Of a stretch of DNA of 64,000 nucleotides, positions 62,304-64,000 are shown piece by piece. The stretch is from positions 42,966,001 to 43,030,000 of the forward strand of contig OZ336880.1 of assembly GCA_965287045.1 (NCBI GenBank). Reading direction: 5' to 3'. This DNA comes from Carcharhinus amblyrhynchos (Eukaryota). The notes under the pieces were generated by a model that made no database searches, was not told the DNA's origin, and was given only the letters and a program-made list of their open reading frames with translations. The translations under genes were made by a program, and so were the position numbers. The stretch's first letter is position 1; every line of letters starts with the position of its first letter.

Positions 62304-63389
62304 TTTATGATAAATTAGTTATGAGCCAAACTGCCAGCTAGCTACTGATACACATCTGTGTTTTTTTCACTTTACTTTCTTTTCCACTTATTCGAAGTAT
62401 AGCAAAGAAAATATTTGCATCTCCAGCTTTTGAGATTGGAGACAGTCCTTGCATGTGTAATTGTTAAGGTTGCAAATTTATTTCTCCCAATATTGTTGTC
62501 ATAATTAGGCTTTTCACCAATCTTCCACAAAAGAACAGAGAAAATTTACATGCTGGGTTTTCAAGCAAATTGTTTTCACAGAAGTTTTCTTTCAAATGCT
62601 AATGAGCTAAGCTTTCATATTTTAGCCACATATACTTATTGATTTAGTCTGTCTCAGCAGTCAGTAGGCACTTCAGATCCAATGTGCTGGGAAGTTTTAA
62701 ATCACAAATGCTCACCTGGGGTGGTTTGGGAGGCCTGCCCTTGAACCAAGGGAGCTAGAGAGGCGGGCACCCTTAGTTCTTCAAACATAAAGCTTAGCCA
62801 CAGTAGTAAACTTTGGCTAAGCTCAGAAGTTTAGCTTGCAAGGGGGTATTTAGGAGTCACTTGGCTTAATTTAGGCATGTGGAGTTAAATTTGGGTTGCA
62901 GAAATTTCTGATTTTTATTACAACAGCAGAGAATGAAATTTACCAGACATAAAAATGGTTGCTTTTTAATTGTCATGGGTCATAAAATTGAAGTCGAGCA
63001 TGTCCAGAACCTGGGAAATGTTGGGAGAAAAGCCTAAGTAAACAGTAAGAGCTGCAAGCCAAACGAAACTCCAGACCCGGGCTTGAGAGAAACTAGGAAA
63101 GTCTGCAGGCAAAGAAAACATTCTGGACTTGAAAACTAGTGCTTTTTGGTTGGGTTAGTAATTACTGGATGTTGATTGGAAGTTTTTACTACTGGTGTAG
63201 TGAAATGAATTGATTTTTGATTAATGCCCATCAATTAATATTTGAGCTGCTTCGCAAATTAATATAGCATTAAAGTTGAATATTTGAGACATTTGTAATT
63301 TTGCTTTGCCCTGTGATTATCTGAGACCTGTGGTAATTGAGATTTTTCAAAAAAAGAAATTTATGATGTGTCGACCACAGTACTTTGAA

Positions 63390-64000
63390 AGCATTACAGA
63401 AATTCAATATCAGAAGGTGTTTTGCAGGAGCATAATTAGATATAAATTGACATTGAACCAAAGAAGCTAGTAGGATGGGTGATAAAATGTTAGGTTTTAA
63501 AAAGAATCTTAAAGGAGGAATGGGTGGAAATTCTAGAGCTTCAAGCGTAGATAGATGATTGAAGAAGCCTCACAATACCAGGTTAAAGTCCATCAAGTTT
63601 ATTTAGAATCACGAGCTTTTGGACTCCTGTTTCTTCATCAGGTGAGTCATTCACTCATCTAATGGAGCAGCAGCGCTCCAAAAGCTTGTGATTCCAAATA
63701 AACCTGTTGGACTTTAACCTAGTGTTGTGAGACTTCTGACTGTGCCCAATGCCGGCATCTCCATGTCAAAGATGATTGAAGGCACAACCATTGATGGTGG
63801 AGTGCAGTAAGTTGGGGATGTTGGGGGAGGTGTAGGCAGTAGTAGGGGATGGCAGCAAATACAGATTGAAGAAATGTAAAGTTTTTGGTAGTTGTAGGGC
63901 AGGAACAGGTGAGGGATTTAATTTTACAGTTGAAGCATTTGTGAAGTTGGAGGTGATGCAAGCTTACAAGCACAGGAGTAATGGGAAATGGTGAAAATTA
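63390..64000 (-). mobile_element. Degraded L2-type LINE 3' region hosting the palindromic insertion
   Basis: Purine-rich degraded sequence resembling reversed L2 3' ends on both sides of the 63565-63769 insert. Confidence 0.4.
63565..63769. mobile_element. Palindromic non-autonomous Penelope-derived element with 12-bp flanking direct repeat
   Basis: ~85-bp inverted arms (agaagcctcacaataccaggttaaagtcca... / ...tggactttaacctagtgttgtgagacttct). AGATGATTGAAG occurs at both 63553-63564 and 63770-63781. Confidence 0.8.

Noticed and set aside
1-64000. CRISPR arrays, operons or other prokaryote-type systems
   Set aside because: The window is vertebrate genomic DNA with no repeat-spacer array or foreign-looking coding block.

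Overview
This window is the posterior (5') end of a cartilaginous-fish HoxD cluster and its flank. The SINE content suggests a shark; the species cannot be determined from sequence alone. On the minus strand are HoxD11, HoxD12, HoxD13 (two exons each) and an intact three-exon HoxD14 with the PG14 hallmarks (homeobox intron, WFQNQR). On the plus strand are Evx2 (three exons) and the 5' part of lunapark (Lnpk): CpG-island promoter, non-coding exon 1 and two coding micro-exons missed by the ORF track. All splice junctions were checked by hand for GT-AG and reading-frame phase. The first ~43 kb is almost transposon-free and visibly keeps CpG. After the Lnpk promoter the DNA becomes CpG-poor and is packed with SINEs, CR1/L2-type LINEs, Penelope-like pieces and a probable solo LTR. 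I see no clearly new gene system. The best leads are regulatory: a same-strand cluster of NR6A1/GCNF-type YCAAGGTCA sites beside a divergent CTCF pair around HoxD13, a HoxD13 TATA box almost on top of an ancestral-type start codon, a possible antisense promoter in the HoxD11 intron, transposon remnants confined to the D13-D14 interval, a short Evx2-Lnpk spacer, and a pre-miRNA-sized fold-back in an Lnpk intron. Repeat family names come from recalled consensus resemblance, not a database search.
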